A stretch of 64,000 nucleotides of DNA from Antedon mediterranea (Eukaryota; Animalia; Echinodermata). The position numbers and the translations under genes are program-made. The stretch spans positions 15,486,795 to 15,550,794 of the forward strand of contig NC_092670.1 in the NCBI RefSeq assembly GCF_964355755.1, given 5' to 3'. Below the pieces are notes generated by a model. It searched no databases. It was not told the origin of the DNA and was given only the letters and a program-made list of their open reading frames with translations. The stretch's first letter is position 1. Each line of letters starts with the position of its first letter. Below, piece after piece: positions 12,990 to 28,000 of this stretch.

Positions 12990-14777
12990 GAATAATAATA
13001 ATAATAATAATAATAGTTTTTAACGTATGCAATCATTGCTCTGTTTTATTTTAAATTTATATTGAAATATATTTTTTATTATTTCCAAATAAATTCTTCC
13101 GTCCATGGTAAACTTTTACATTTGTAAAAAAAATGTAATGATACTGTATTTAATAATTTTAAATTATGCACCGCTATCTTATTGGGCAATGTGTGTGAGA
13201 AACAAATAAAAGTGTTACCGTTAGAAAACTGTAGTCCAGTGTAAAGATATGGTCTATATTGCAATGTCTAGTATGAATACATTTTATGTTGAAAACTGGA
13301 AATCGTCAAACAAGGCCAGACGAAAGGTTTTGTCAGATCAGGACTTGTCGGGTTTTGAGTTGAGCAGTCATCCGGTGTAATGTTCATACATTTTAAATAG
13401 ATGACTACCAGCAAGAAGTGTCTTCATATGATGCTATCTGAGTTTAATAGTGGTTTATATAACTCTTGAACATTCAGTTAATGAGCTGTCCCATATTGAT
13501 GGTATAAATTTTTAGTGTTTTCAGGTCAAGATCATTTCATACACAACTCAAACAATCTGGTAACACTGCCCAATGCACACAATTAAAAAAGGATAACATT
13601 CAGTCACTGAAGCTGTACATGTTTATTCAAACAAAATGTAAAATGAGAGAAAATAAGTGTACAACCCTTTTCCTATCATTTTATCCAGAAGGATGGGAAA
13701 AATAGCAAGTTTTAGTTATTGTTTAAGTAATTTCAATCTTATCCTAGTTTACAGTTTAGAAAAAACGTTTGTTAGATACAGTACTAAGAATTTAGTCTTT
13801 TTATGATTGTTGAAATCTGATTTCCCAAATTACAACTCTCAAGATATTCTTCCAAATTCCTTAAGTTTATTGTTAAGGTTGTGGCAAGCACTGGTCCTAC
13901 TACTAGACCAAACCTGTTAAAATTCTTCTTTATATCTTACTTTAGCCCGATTAATAAACACCTTACAACAGTATCCCTTCTTCGTGGATTACTTTTTTAG
14001 TGTCCAGAAAAGGAATCCATCCATTAATACTGTTCTTTAAATTGGAATGTACTCCTATAAAAAATATTACATTTGATTTCAATAAAAAAAGGTATTTTAA
14101 TTAAAAGATATGTATTATCCATACCACTTTACAACCATATGACGAACAGAGATGAAGGTGTGTCGACTAGTAGTCTCCTAGAGACCTAGACTACAGTATA
14201 CAGGACCATGCAGTGGCTGTAAAGGAGTCCAAACTTAGCAACATAACTGACCAAGTCTAAGCTGTTTGCTATACGAAACTGTCTTCATATCAACATTTCC
14301 TATTATATATGTTTTTATCTTAATGCAATATTGGATCAGGATGAAAAACAAATACTCTATACTTGTTTATAATGGAGCACACAAGGCAATTCTCTAAAAT
14401 TGTACTTTAAAGAAAAGTAAAGACTGAATCACTTGACAAAACATGGTATATGATAAAACTTCTCGCGTAAAACAATCAAACTTGTTTCCTCTAGCTAGCA
14501 CGATGCCACATCTTATTTTCCTCTTCATCTTCCAAAGAAGTTTACCATTATAGATTTCATATTTTGTTTGTTTGCTTCTTTCCTTTTTCTCTTGTACATC
14601 TTGTTAAGTAGAACTTTTTATATAAATTATTGAACCCAAAATGTTATGTTATACTTATTTTCCTGGTTACTGATAATAAATACCATACTGCTACATACAG
14701 TATTTGCTTGGTAATTATACAGGCAGATTTCTTCACTATTTTTTAGTTTTCAGTCCTGGATGACAGATTGTGAAGGG

Positions 14778-17700
14778 TTAATAAAGCGCCTGTGAGTTAC
14801 TGGTTCTAGGACGTATAATCTTCTCCTTATTTTTTGATATGAGATCTAATATTCCAAGCTGAAAGATAAATGAAACCAATAACAGATGAAATAAAATTAT
14901 ATAATGTTTACATTATCCATAGGAAATTCAAGTACAGCCAATCAAATCATAGCAAATTCAAGTGCATACAATCAAATCATAACAAATCCAAGTACATCCA
15001 ATCAAATCATAGCAAATTCAAGTGCAGTCAATCAAATCATAACAAATTCAAGTACAGCCAATCAAATCATAACAAATCCAAGTACATCCAATCAAATCAT
15101 AACAAATTCAAGTGCAGTCAATCAAATCATAACAAATTCAAGTACAGCCAATCAAATCATAACAAATCCAAGTACATCCAATCAAATCATAACAAATTCA
15201 AGTGCAGTCAATCAAATTATAACAAATCCAAGTACATCCAATCAAATCATAGCAAATTCAAGTACAGTCAATCAAATCATAGCAAATTCAAGTACATCCA
15301 ATCAAATCATAGCAAATTCAAGTGCAGTCAATCAAATCATAACAAATTCAAGTGCAACCAATCAAATCATAGCAAATTCAAGTTCAGCTAAACCCATCCT
15401 AAAACTAAGTACAGCTTTTAGTGTGCTCTTAATGATACATTTTTGCCCTTTAAATGTATTATATTCAAGAGTTATCAAATTCAATAGCCTTAAGTGTGTT
15501 ACTACATTGTATTATATAGAGTTTATTCTGTTTGAGAATTAACTTACATAACTATTTCTTAGTTCTGCACAAATAAGTCTGAGATTAACAAATTCCTTCT
15601 CGTCTATCTCCTTAACACTTTGCCTGTAGTCGCCCTGAAATTATAAAGTTTAGTAAACTGTGAAAAAGAGTGATTTTGGGTTTAGTCGATTGTGGACTGT
15701 GCTGTATCTGATTGGTCAATTCAGTTATCATTTTTTTATATTACTGGCGAGTACACAAAAAACCTTCACTTTATTCTAGCTAAAATCATAAACCATACAT
15801 ACCACATGAGGATATTTCGCAACTTTTGAAACCAACTTCGCTCGTGTAATAAAGTACCGTGAAATTTGATCTAAGTACGCCCCAGCTTCTCCCTCAACCT
15901 GACGCACTTCCGACAACGTATCCTCCTAAAGAAAAACAATTTCACAGTCGGGTTACTGACTGAAATAATTTCACTCTGCTGTTCTTTAACACCCGAGGTA
16001 GGTTTCCGGCCTGAATAGATACAGTTATAGATTGACACACCTTCCATTAAATCTTCTCTACTGCAGTAACTGCAATGAAAACATTATAAATGAGTTCTTT
16101 CCTACCTGGATAGATACACCAAAGTTATTTCCATCTTCTATCCTTGGAATTAAGAGCTGTATCCACATTTTTATTTGGTTACACCTCTCAATCAAGTCCA
16201 TAATGTGTGGCTTCATTAGGTTTATCAACTTCATAATATGCTCATTGCAGGGCACACCACCTTCTGGAAAGGTCATAACCAGGGAACCTGTATAATTACA
16301 AAAGTAAACATTTAAGTTTTTGAAATATATTTCTTTATTCAACAGTATTTTTTTATTACAAAAATATTTATTTTTCTTACCAGAATTTTCTTCCTCAATG
16401 CGTTTCCTTTTACTGAGCTGTTGGTAAAAAAGAAAAACATTTAAACTTCCCTTATACATGAATTTTAATTAATTTAGACATTTATTATAAAAAATAATAC
16501 ATGGATTTGCTATAATATGCTTTTATTTTTAAATTACAAAGGAATAGACAGCTCTAAAACTTGTCCTTGTCCTCCCTCCCCTTCTTGTTTCCCTCCTACT
16601 TTAAACTAAAACCAGACAATGTTTAAACCAAGTGCTTTAGGATAGAAAAGTATAATATCTTTGGTAATATTTTTCACAATACACATCTATAATATAAATA
16701 TCATTAATAATCACTTCCCATGACAAAATTTAAATGTGGTATTGTACATATTTTAGGTTAAATATTAATAGTGTTCTACAATGACCTATTGTAAACTAAT
16801 ATACATTAATTAATACTAGTCTATATATGATAAACTGTTGATGGTTTACAGATTCCTATCACAAGGAAGGCTTAAGCTCTGTCTAGACTATCAAACTACT
16901 GTAGTTTGACAAAAAAATGTGATGTGCCCATATATGGACATGATGATGTCATATCACTACCTTATTTAGGAATATCACTACCATATTATATCACTATAAT
17001 ATTACTACATACATTTTTGTCAAAAACTAGTTTGATGGTGTAGACAGAGCTTTAGAAAACTTACCGATTCATGACTGTTTAGAACGACTGGATCTGGCAC
17101 CGGTAAGTTTAATTTCACTGTCATGTTGGGCATGTTTTTTAAGTCAAACAATTCAGACTATAAACAAAAAAATGTTTAGAAATGATTATTATTTTGTTTT
17201 TAAATGTTTAATTTGAGCAATGACTATATATGTATATCCTCTTTATTGAGAAATAAATTTATTAAAAATCTAATTGCAATATAAATTACTTATAAAAATG
17301 TATTTAAATTTATAGTTTTTAACATTGGGGTGTGCGTCATAGGGCCCTGCAATACGTTCTAACAATTTGAATGATTTCAGAATTATTATTACACTTTATA
17401 TCTATTTTCACCACTTCATTTTGATCTTTTAATGTATTTTGTATGTATGTATAATTGCCAAAGAAAAGTCAAATTTCGAGTTATGGATGAATAAAGAATA
17501 TTGGTATTAGCTTAGAAACAGAGTGCCAGACATTCTAATCTTACCTTCAATAGGTCATTTAACTCAATAACAGTTCTGGGAAAATCAGTTTTAATTATCT
17601 TCTTTGCCTTAAAAAAAAAAATTTAAAGCAATATCGTATAAATGTATTATTTTGAATATTACGCTTCATGAATACACTGAAAGATGGGGCCGTATCAATT

Positions 17701-20700
17701 TTATTTCAGTTGCGCGTACATACACTAAAATTGAGAGTTAGTCCCCTATACCACACCAAAGGGTGATAAAGAGTTAAATTTAAGCAATACCATGAAATCC
17801 CCAGTGGTCTAATGGTTAAGATATCTGAATATGAGGCTCCAGGTTCTAATCTTGGTTTGGCAGCCTTTTTTTTTTATCCTCACACTTAAATTCCTCATCT
17901 TCTTCATTTTAAAATTAATTAATTTTCAGTATATCACTGGCAGGAAATTGATAACTTTTCCTATGACTACTATGCATGTAAAATTTGTATACGTATATTT
18001 AAATTACATTAACAATACAGTACTTTCAAAATATATTTATTACAGCATGTTTTACAATACATTAAGTAGGTACCTAACATAAAAATTCAAACCTATTGAA
18101 ACAGATCGAGTCATACATCAAAAAATGAAGGAAAAAAATAGAAATTTAATAACACAAAAATAATTAAAATTCGTCAACATGGTAATTTTTTATAATTTTT
18201 TTAATGTTTTTTTTTCATAAAAAATCAGTATAGGCATTTCAATGCATAAGAAAAAAAAAGTGTGGCAATGAAGTGCAATATTCTTTAAAATAAGTTTTAA
18301 AATTATTATTTAAATGTATTATTTTTCCAAACATGAATCTACCTCTTCTCAACAACAACCAAACCCATTTACGTTATAACAACTTTTTCCCTACCTTCTG
18401 ACAACCCCCCCCCCCCCCCGCAATTATTACAAATTGTCTTTCAGTCGAATTGATATTCACAAACATACTATACTTGCACACCCAAATCCAATTACTTTAT
18501 AACAACTTTTTCCCTACCCTCTGACAACACCAACCATGATATGCTTTTAGGAGAATTTAATCTACCTGAGATAAAAGGGCTGTTAAATAGTTAAATGTGA
18601 AGCTCCCGACAACTCAAATGGCAAGGGGACCAATTTTGGGGCCTCTTTTTTTGTTATGTTTATCAACGATTTTTCCATTGTTCCTCATTATTCTAATGTT
18701 TTGTAATGTTTGTTCTTATGTTTGCTGAAGATACAAACCTTAAATAATATGTTGTTGTTGAAGGTTGAAGGTTCTGTTGATATTTTCCTTGATTCGCTTG
18801 CATGTTTCCGTCAAAAGGTTTTGTATAATTAATATCTAAGTTTGTCTAATTTATTATCTATTATATTATATTGTCTTTCAGCCCTGTTAATGGTGACGTG
18901 TGGTCACTGTAGTATGATTCAACTTCAAGATTCAAGAAATTTTATTTGTCCATAAAAATGGAAATTCACTTTGCTTGGTAGATTAAAACAACAATAAAAA
19001 ACAGACATAAAAAAGTTGCAACCATTTAAAACGATGATGAAATCAAGTATTTTTACAAAATAGTTTTCTTTAAATTTATTTTCTCTACATTGTCATTCAA
19101 TATACATATTTACAAAGTACCTCATTACATCAATATACCTAATCCCTGCATATACCTAATCCCTGCATATACCTAATCCCTGCATATACCTAATCCCTGC
19201 ATATCCCCTCACAATTTACCAAATTTTAGAAATATATTTGGTCTGTAATGGTTTCTGTTGATGATTATTGTGGTTCTGAGATGGTGGATCCAGTTTGACA
19301 CACTTTGAGAAATTCTTGACTTTAAAAACATCAAATTTAGCTACTTTCTTTTTAACAGAATTCTTTACCAAATTAAATACAGTAGATTTTGGATTTACAG
19401 CAATATTGTATAATAAAAAATATTTTAGATATCTTCTTATGTCTTTTTTTAACTTAGGTAAAATATATATATAATGTGTCCGTTTTGTATCGAATCGAAC
19501 CTGCATCGCTTGGTATCTCAAGATAGTGCGGTCTGATAAATTGCAGCAGAGTCAATCCCAGTGGTTCCTCCATACTATGGATCGTCACAACAACTGTACA
19601 TTAAAATAATATATATTTAGCATATTTAACTATATATATTTTTTTAAACAAATAAATTTATTTTTTTTCAATTAAAGAATGTGTTGTTATAAATAAGTGA
19701 AAGATAACGAAATACAAGCATTTCAACCAGATGAAAAAACAAAAAATTAAGGGTCAAAGTTTAAATGGACAATAGACAATACAAAATCATAATCTACACC
19801 AGCTTGGGTAAAAACACGCACTCTGATTGGCCACATTGTAAACTGACAACCTAGCGTACTAATATTCATACGGGTTATTGTTATTAATGAAAAATATTTA
19901 TTTGCAATCTTTTAAAATCGCTGTATTCTAACAACTTTAGTACCAAAACATAATTGAATGTTATAAATCAAACATTGTTTTATTTTATTTCCTACTTTTT
20001 AAAACATATTTAGAGTGATTTAGAGTGAAATATATTATGTATACCAGGGCATCACGTATGCAAAACCCAGGAGAGCAACAAATCGCTCTCCTCAAATCAC
20101 CGAGGAGAGCAATTCGCTCTCCTTGCAAAAATTTTAAATCGCTCTCCTCAAATGTTTATGTAAATATGTAAAAAAATTACAATGTTTGAATTTGACCACA
20201 AAAGTTAAATTCTATTGGTTTTGCTACCCAAAAAAAATTATTAGCGCACACTGCCGCTATAATCTATTATATTATAATCTATAAATCTTTTATTAATAAA
20301 TACAGGGCTGAAAATTAACCTTTAAACCATAGTGGCCAGCAGGGCCAGTTGAAGTTGAAGGATGGTCGCCCTTATTAAAAATGGCTGGCCCTTATTAATT
20401 TTGTGTACATTTTTTTTTTTGCCCAAGGGAATTTATCCCTACCCCTCCCAATTATATCATTTATTACTTTTGATAATTAAATTACTCTCCCCAAAATTCC
20501 CCACTCCCCTCCCACACCCACATTCACACACAATATTTTCCGTGGGGATCGTCATTGAAAAAAATCAATCCAATTTTTTGTATGGCCTGAGTAGGCCTAG
20601 ATTGGGTTTCAGGAGCTTTTAGGCCTCTTGACAGAAAAATCAACACTGTCAAAAGCTAGGCTCTATTTTGAAAATTAAGGAGCGCGATAAATTGCTCTCC

Positions 20701-21787
20701 TCGAAGCCTGTTGAGGAGCGCGGAGGAGCGCGGTCGCGCAGGCGCTCCTTATAAATGATGCCCTGGTATACAAAGTAGTCGACATAGACCTATTCTTTAA
20801 CCAGGGAGATACATCCCTGCGTTAACACTACATCCTATGCTATGCTAGGTAAACATGTGGAAAAAATACAAAATTTCAACATCTAAAAATTCCATTGTAA
20901 CATCTATCAATATACACAAAACTTATGTCAAAATAATCGTAATAGCATGTAGTATATGGACTGAAACATGAAAATAATGGACTAACTCACTTTTTATGAA
21001 AAAAAGACGTGTTTTGATGAGGCATATTTTCGAATCGTTGTAACTCATGAAATAAACATCAGAAAAGAAAAGAAAAAATTTCCCAGCAGTAGAACAACTT
21101 CCTGTTGACATTTTGGTACCAATAATGTCATCATTAGCCAACCAGAAGTAATTTTAAAGATTTTTTTTAAAAAGGACCTTCAGCGCGAACTGAATATCAG
21201 GTCACACTTTTTTGGCGACATCAAAAAGGGGCGTGTCACCATAAGTTGCAGGTACCTACATTAAGATTTGAGTACTTATATATATCACAGTCAAATCAAC
21301 CTGCCCTTAAAGTCGTCTGTCAGACACTTACACTTTCTTCTATGTCTTTACGATACTGTTCAATCTAGAAACAAAGAATATTTCATGTTAAATATTATAT
21401 TAATTATTATTTTATTTGTAATGAATTGAAAGAATGACCTTTATTATTTTATATTACTTTAAAAACACTGTTTGTATGCATGGTACCGGCTTGCTTAAAA
21501 ATAGAGATAAAGTTCTCAAGCCGATCCCTATAATTATAAGGATGTGATGTAAAAAATATCACAAGCACAACATAAAACCACTGTGTACTGAGAATCCGCC
21601 AGTCTATCCATCCATATCGTAACCCACAAAACACACTGTTTGTACCGTCCGGGTCCATCCACATACCGTTTGACACGGTCGCGTCACGGTCGGTTATTAT
21701 TATGTCCCGACAATGGGCCTAGCCTAGGGTGAAGTTAACTATACTTAACACAATTTAGGGGCCTACCTTCTCTGCATATTCTGCCAT
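14778..21787 (-). CDS. PSME3: Proteasome activator 11S PA28-gamma/REG-gamma, 9 coding exons, 239 aa
   Basis: Exons 21767-21787, 21332-21364, 17545-17607, 17065-17157, 16381-16417, 16106-16287, 15803-15925, 15548-15634, 14778-14858; 720 nt in frame. LNLPVPDP, NLS KRKR, KMWIQLLIPRIEDGNNFGVSIQE (activation loop), YLDQISRYFITRAKLVSKVAKYPHV, EKIIRPRTSNSQALY. Confidence 0.96.
14925..15390. repeat. 30-bp minisatellite (about 15 units) in the last PSME3 intron
   Basis: Unit ATCAAATCATARCAAATYCAAGTRCAKYCA repeated in register. Confidence 0.95.
16875..17051. mobile_element. PIF/Harbinger (Tourist-like) MITE family A; other copies ~6680-6776, 10016-10148, 32405-32549 (partial), 32749-32873, 33658-33790, 44804-44920, 46545-46648 (partial), 55111-55220, 57056-57193
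   Basis: TIR AGCTCTGTCTACACTATCAAAC / GTTTGATAGTGTAGACAGAGCT; 3-bp TTA or TAA TSD at 16872/17052, 55108/55221, 32746/32874, 33655/33791, 10013/10149; shared interior TGATGTGCCCATATATGGACATGATGATGTCATATCACTACC. Confidence 0.9.
17797..17876 (+). pseudogene. Degenerate tRNA-like/SINE head with T-run
   Basis: AGTGGTCTAATGGTTAAG (A-box/D-arm-like) and GGTTCTAATCT (decayed B-box) followed by a T-run; no complete cloverleaf. Confidence 0.4.
19134..19204. repeat. 17-bp tandem repeat x4
   Basis: TATACCTAATCCCTGCA repeated four times. Confidence 0.9.
20045..20765. mobile_element. Non-autonomous TIR element, hAT-like ends, in PSME3 intron 2
   Basis: CAGGGCATCA...TGATGCCCTG termini, GTATAC on both flanks, subterminal GGAGAGC/GCTCTCC and GGAGCG repeats. 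Confidence 0.7.
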
Positions 21788-22041
21788 ATTTTATGAAATA
21801 AGAAACAAAAGAAAAACACAGATTATACGATATTTTGCAAATCACAGCCAAAAAACTGAGCAGATGATATGAACACGAGTGTTGTAATTTTTGTCATCCA
21901 GAGCAACCCCCTCAACGTCGTCGTTCATATTTTTGTAATTGCGCCCTCTACATTTTTCACAAGTAGGTGAGAAAAAAGATGGCGTCGTTTGTGCTGCAAT
22001 AAAGTATCGATGTTAAAAATTTGAATAATTCAGGCCATAAA
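21788..22041. promoter_or_regulatory. Compact bidirectional promoter PSME3/MINDY3
   Basis: 254 bp between the two ATGs; YY1-type AAGATGGCG (~21976) and GCGCCCTCTA (21941). Confidence 0.8.
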
Positions 22042-25000
22042 ATGGCTTCTACAAGCAGCCAAGATGAAGCAGAAGTACCCATCGATGAACTGGGAGAATT
22101 GAAAATGTTGGTTTGGGGAAATGCACTTACCGATGAAGTATTTAAACGCTGGTGTCAAGGTAAAGTCGACTTTATTTTTCCCGTAAAAATTGCCAGGCCA
22201 AATGCCTTCTTGTTTTCGTTTCAGATCACACATCTCAGCCGGGTTGAAAATACATAGCATAGCCTAGCACCTGTCATAGGCCTAGCATGCAAATGGGTAA
22301 TTCCATTAATAGTTTATATAGGCTAATGTAATTTTTCTAGGAAATTTTTAAATTTTAATAATATAGACATCAAAATGTTTCATACATATGTTTTCATAAT
22401 TAATTTAATTTTTTTCACAGATTTTCAATAAATAAAACAATTTCCACAAGCTGCAAGCAAGATTTTAATTAATTTATGTACATAGTAGCCTAAACAGTAA
22501 CACGACGACAGTACACTGTCTGTTTTCTATATATATAGTGCAAGTTGCAGCCTAAAAGCTTATTTAAGATTGTATATAAACCTACGCTTAGTGCATGTAA
22601 TGTAAATATTCAGAATGTTATAATATTACGCAAGGACAAAGTGAATATGCTTATCGTATAGCATATTCACAACTGTGCTTATGACGATCATGATACATTG
22701 AGGAAGGTATATAGCTACAGTCAACTCTTTCAATACCGGACACCTTTGGGCTGGGCAAATAAATATGTCTAGGCCTAGGCCTAGTTTTCTGGAAAGTGGT
22801 ATTTGGATTGTGTTTTTAATGGTACAAAGGAATTTGGGACCTTTTGATCCCCAAGAAAAGTCTGGTATTGGGAAAGTTTCCGGTTTTCAGAGTGTCCGGT
22901 ATTGGGAGACTTGACTGTACTACTAATAGGCCTACAGGTAGATTGTAAAATCTCATTGATTGTTGTAAGCGAGCTGGATGGTGTAGTTTTAGGACTGTCG
23001 CAATGCTATATTAATGCCTGCCGCTACTGCTTTTTTTCCATTCACCTTTTTTCCATTCTACATTATTGATTATGGCTTTACTCATCATCGTTTTTTCTCA
23101 CCATTTTCCTAGAGGATTTTTTTATTTAGGTTTCCAGAGGCCTGAGACCCTGGACCTCATTAATATGCCGTAGATTATCATAAGCATTGTCTGTAAACTA
23201 TTCTTACATCAACATAGCGTGTATTTATTAACTTCATATACACCGTTTATTATTATGTATAGTCCATGAATTATCACAGATGCATATTTTTTACAATTAT
23301 TTCTTCAGGAATCACTTTAATTTACAAGGTATCCAATTTATGCAATTGTTTAATTGTCAATTCTTTATTAACTTATAACAAACTACTAATATTGATATTA
23401 TTGTTTTGCAGGGTTTGTCTTCAGTCCCTATGAACCATCAGCTTTGCTTCAGCATGAAGGTGGACCCTGTGCTGTACTTGCACCTTTACAAGCCTACATC
23501 TTAAAGAACTTGATTTGCACTGGTGATATTTGGAGACAACTTGAAGGTAATTCAGTAAAAACTGTACTGACTAATTATGATTTGATGATACATTCAAACT
23601 TGGAAGATGACTCTGTATTGTTATTGGAAAATCATAATACAACAACATAAAAATAATTTTTCTTTAAATATCACAGTCTCTCCCTTTCTCTTTTTTCACT
23701 CAAGAATTTCCCTGGCGACAATCTCATGGCAATCCCCACAAAATCAGGTCATCATTTTTATTTCTAAACATTGTACATTATTGTTATTTTCACATTATGA
23801 TTTGATGAATAAACGTAAATAGTTTGACGACCCTAAGAAAAAACTGTATATTTAGTAGTTATACACATCAAAATAAAATCTCCTTAAATTATTTGTATTC
23901 CTAATGTAGGTAACCAAGCCAAGGAGGTGTTGTTGACATCAATGGAAGAGGTTTTTCACTGTGTTTCTAAGCCTCCATTCAGACTGGTCCTTGAATCTGA
24001 TAAGCAGCCTGTCATAGCTGACATGGTAGAGCAGCAAGAAGGAGATCAGTCTGACCATGCCAGATTTCACAAAACTTTAAGGTAATTTTTGATCTCTTAA
24101 ACATTCTTGTGGGTTTTTTTTAAAGCATTTTTATTACACTGATCCTTTCTTACAACATCCTGTCAGAGATGCTTGTCCTTAGGTAATAATGATAATAATA
24201 TTTATTTTGAAATGAAAAAGTACACAATTTAATACTAAGATAAGGTAATAGGCATAGCCTTACTACACCAACATAGGCTGTGCAGTAGTAGTACTACAGT
24301 ATCTTTAGTAAGAATTGGATGACCAGTAGACCAAATCTGTATGCAGTTTTATGAAGAGTTTGAAGTATTGTTCTTAGGATCCATAATGATCAACATCAAA
24401 ATAAATTGAGTTGCAATACTTTAATCCAATCATTTCTAGTGTCACATGACATGTAACCTATTCTTTTCTTTTTATGTGTATATTAAAATATTTCTGATTA
24501 TTAATCTCTGAAAAGAACGTATGTGCTTTTATTCTACATTCTAAATTGAGTATCTTGCTCGTAGCATTGTTATGTTTAATCAATTTTATTGTAGGGTTAC
24601 AGGTATGTCATGCACTACAGCATATATCTTGGTAGCATTGTTAATATAATGTTTAATAAATCTGTCTGTTTTTATTGTAGGGTTATGTCATGCACTACAG
24701 CAGAGGAACTTCACCAAGCCCTACAAGCGTCATATGATTCTTTTACAGACCAATATGGTGTTGTTCTCTTTCTCTATTCACTTCTGATGACAAAGGTTAG
24801 TTTACAATAGGTTTCTAAGGTGATAAAAACTAATAGTTTCCCGTACACTGTGTGATTCCTAAAATGTAAAGTTTAATCTTACTTTCTTCCTTTAGAAATT
24901 GCATGATGTACTGTTCTTCCTTTATTTACTAAATATTCATGTAAAAATTACTCTACTGCAGTTATTGCAGTAACTATATTTTGTTTACTTTTTAGCCGAT

Positions 25001-28000
25001 TCATGCAATTTATAGAAAAAGTTTTGGTAAATCACACATTATTTATTGAAATTCTACCTTTTAACTAAAATAATGTTATTGCAGTAGAAAATATAGTTAC
25101 TGCAGTAACTGCGATAATTTTTATAAACCTAGGGATCTAGTTTTACTTCGCTTCAGTGAGATTAATCAATAGAGATTCCAAATATGATCAGAGAAATCCA
25201 AAATAATGTATCAGTAATATGGAGTGCCAAATGTGTCATAACATCTAGTAGACATTGATTAATAATAATTGTATAACCTTACTTTGTATAGGGACTTGCT
25301 AATGTTAAGAATGAGATGGAAGATGCAAGTGAACCATTGGTAGATGGTACTTATGGCCATGGTAGTCAGAGTCTTGTAAACCTCATGCTGACTGGCAACG
25401 CTGTGTCACATGTCTTTGATAACGAAAAGGAAGTAGATGGATTGAGTAAGTTATATGGCTTTTTTTCTGTACCATATTCACACCAGATTAAATACATTGG
25501 TTATTGTCTGGTTGCAACAGAGTAAAGTATTTAATTTATGCAATGTAAAGACTCAATTTATTCCCTCCTAAGTTAAGATTAAATTTTGTTAAGCGCATTG
25601 AGGCTTTGCATAATGCTCTATATTTCCAATTTTATTATTATTATTAAATGGAGTGAGTGGTGGTCCCAAGAACATTTAGGTTTCTTCAAACATAACTTTT
25701 TAATAATATCTCAAGTCACATATCAACAATATGACATAAATAATAAAATAGGTGGAAAATAATAGTTTTTCTTCTTATTTTTTTTTTAGAAATGCGAGGA
25801 ATCACCGTGCAGCCTAGCTCAGGATTTCTTACAATGTTGGAACATTTTCGTTATTGTGAAGTTGGTTGGTGTCTCAAGAATCCCACTCATCCTATATGGG
25901 TTCTGGGAAGTGAAACACACCTCACTGTGTTCTTTACAAAGGTATGTTAGTGATGGCAAGATGCTAGCCTGTCAAACTGGTTATACATAAGTGAGATGAC
26001 CTGTTTTTAATTTATGAAGTTCTGATGGGTGGGTAACAAATATAATGAAAGCACTTAGAAACTGAGTAAAGTACACAGAGGGCGCATATTGATATTTCGG
26101 CCCATGTTAGAAGAATACAAATTTTATTTTTTTTTATTTGTGAAGTTATTAATAAACCGATTTTCTTGAATTTCAATAGGCATAATCTGTAAGTATTTAT
26201 CTATTTACATCGAACAATTCAGAATGATAACTTTAGAATTGTAGATGCAAACAAAGCAAGTACCATACTTGGCAAAATTGGTGTATCTACTTGCAGTGGT
26301 GTAATAACTATGAGCGCTCACTGGCTGAACCTTGGAGCTCAAGGAGCCCTGAACTGTACCGAGAGGAAAAAATAGGTTAAAAAGCTAAAAACAGGGCTCC
26401 TAAACCAGGGGTCTCAGGCCTCTGCATTACGCCACTGTCTAATTGATAAAAAATGTTTAATCTTTTAGGAGATGTCATTAGTAGCACCAGAATCCAAGTG
26501 GGAACGCGCTAGACGTGTGTTTTGTCAATACGATACGCAAGATAGTGGTTTCATACAGAAGATCCTCTTGCAAGACGTCCTTCAGGTCTTACAACTTGTG
26601 GCTATTCCTGAATAGTATGTACACTCAAGCAGTGACCATGTCAAGATATTCTACTGCAGTTACTGCAGTAACTACTCTTTAATCATAATCATACACACAA
26701 TATACTGCAGTGACTGCTTCATACACTCGTCGTTATTTCAGTTTATAAATAATTACTGCAGTATAATATTTTTGTCTGGCATTTTGCATACTTTACTAAA
26801 CTATTGGTTTAGTATAGATTAAAGTGAATGGTTCTTGCCTATTATTATCGAGCTTTTGTTTTCAGATAGTTGTCGGTAATCTAACCAACAATGATGAGTT
26901 GAATGTTTATTTCGTCCATGTTACACAACCGTTGAGGCCAATTTACACAGACGAAAACCGCATAGTTTGTCCCACGTAGAATCTGTATCTGGAAACCACC
27001 TGTCCGATCCGTGTTGTGTGTAAATGGCCATAAGAAATAACAGAGATTGTATATTTGTATTGCTGTTACTGCTTGTCTGTGTAAATTGGCATTTAGGGTT
27101 TGTTAAATTACTGCCTCCTTCATCTAATGTTGCGAAAAGAAGGTTCACTAATTCAAAACTGCTTTGAGTCCTGTCAGGTGCTGAAATCTATTCACAAGAC
27201 AACTTCATACTGACACTAATTGTAACCTATAAGTAGAAAACCTAAGACAATTAATTGCTTTTCTACTTTGATTCTTCTTGTAGTGTTGATATCATCAAAC
27301 AGAAGTTAGATCCAGATGATTTTGGTATAATTCTTCTTAGTAGTTTCATGAATGAATTCTTTCCAGATGAAGTAAGTTGATGCTTAATTATACTGTATTA
27401 TATAACACCTAAATAAATTCCTGTCATTTGATTGTACGATTTTGGGTCACATGGCATGCAATAGTATACAAATAATGAATGTTTATGAGTGAATGTACAC
27501 CTCGTTGATATACAACCTTTCATCATTCACCAAATGCCATTATTTGTACCATTACACGAATATAAAAACATTTTCATTATTTGTTTTATATAACATCTAA
27601 ATAAATTTGAATCAAATAAAAAGCAGGCTTAGCCAAGACCTCGAACAGATTTTTTTTTTTCGTACACTAAAAAAAGTACTATTAAACTATCGTTTAATAG
27701 TACATATTATTGCACGGCATGTGACCCACAATCGTTTATTCAAATGACAGGAATTTATTTAGGTGTTATATAATATGCACTAGTGAATGGTCGTTCGATA
27801 GTACTTTTTTTCGTGGTTGGAAATAATAATTTTTCGTGTTTGGAAAATATTTGTTTTAATATTATTGCTTTTGAAATACAACAGTGCCACTTATTTTGTA
27901 CTTCTGCCGCGAACATTGAATGTTATAATTTACGACAATTGTGTCGTTTCTGCAATTGTGTTGCTGCTTATAATTGGTTGATACACCTGATCTGTTGAAC

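Noticed and set aside
14870-15542. Two long repetitive ORFs (SNHNKFK and NQIITNSS repeats) resembling mucin or antifreeze proteins
   Set aside because: Products of a stop-free 30-bp minisatellite on the opposite strand of a PSME3 intron; no signal peptide or splice support.
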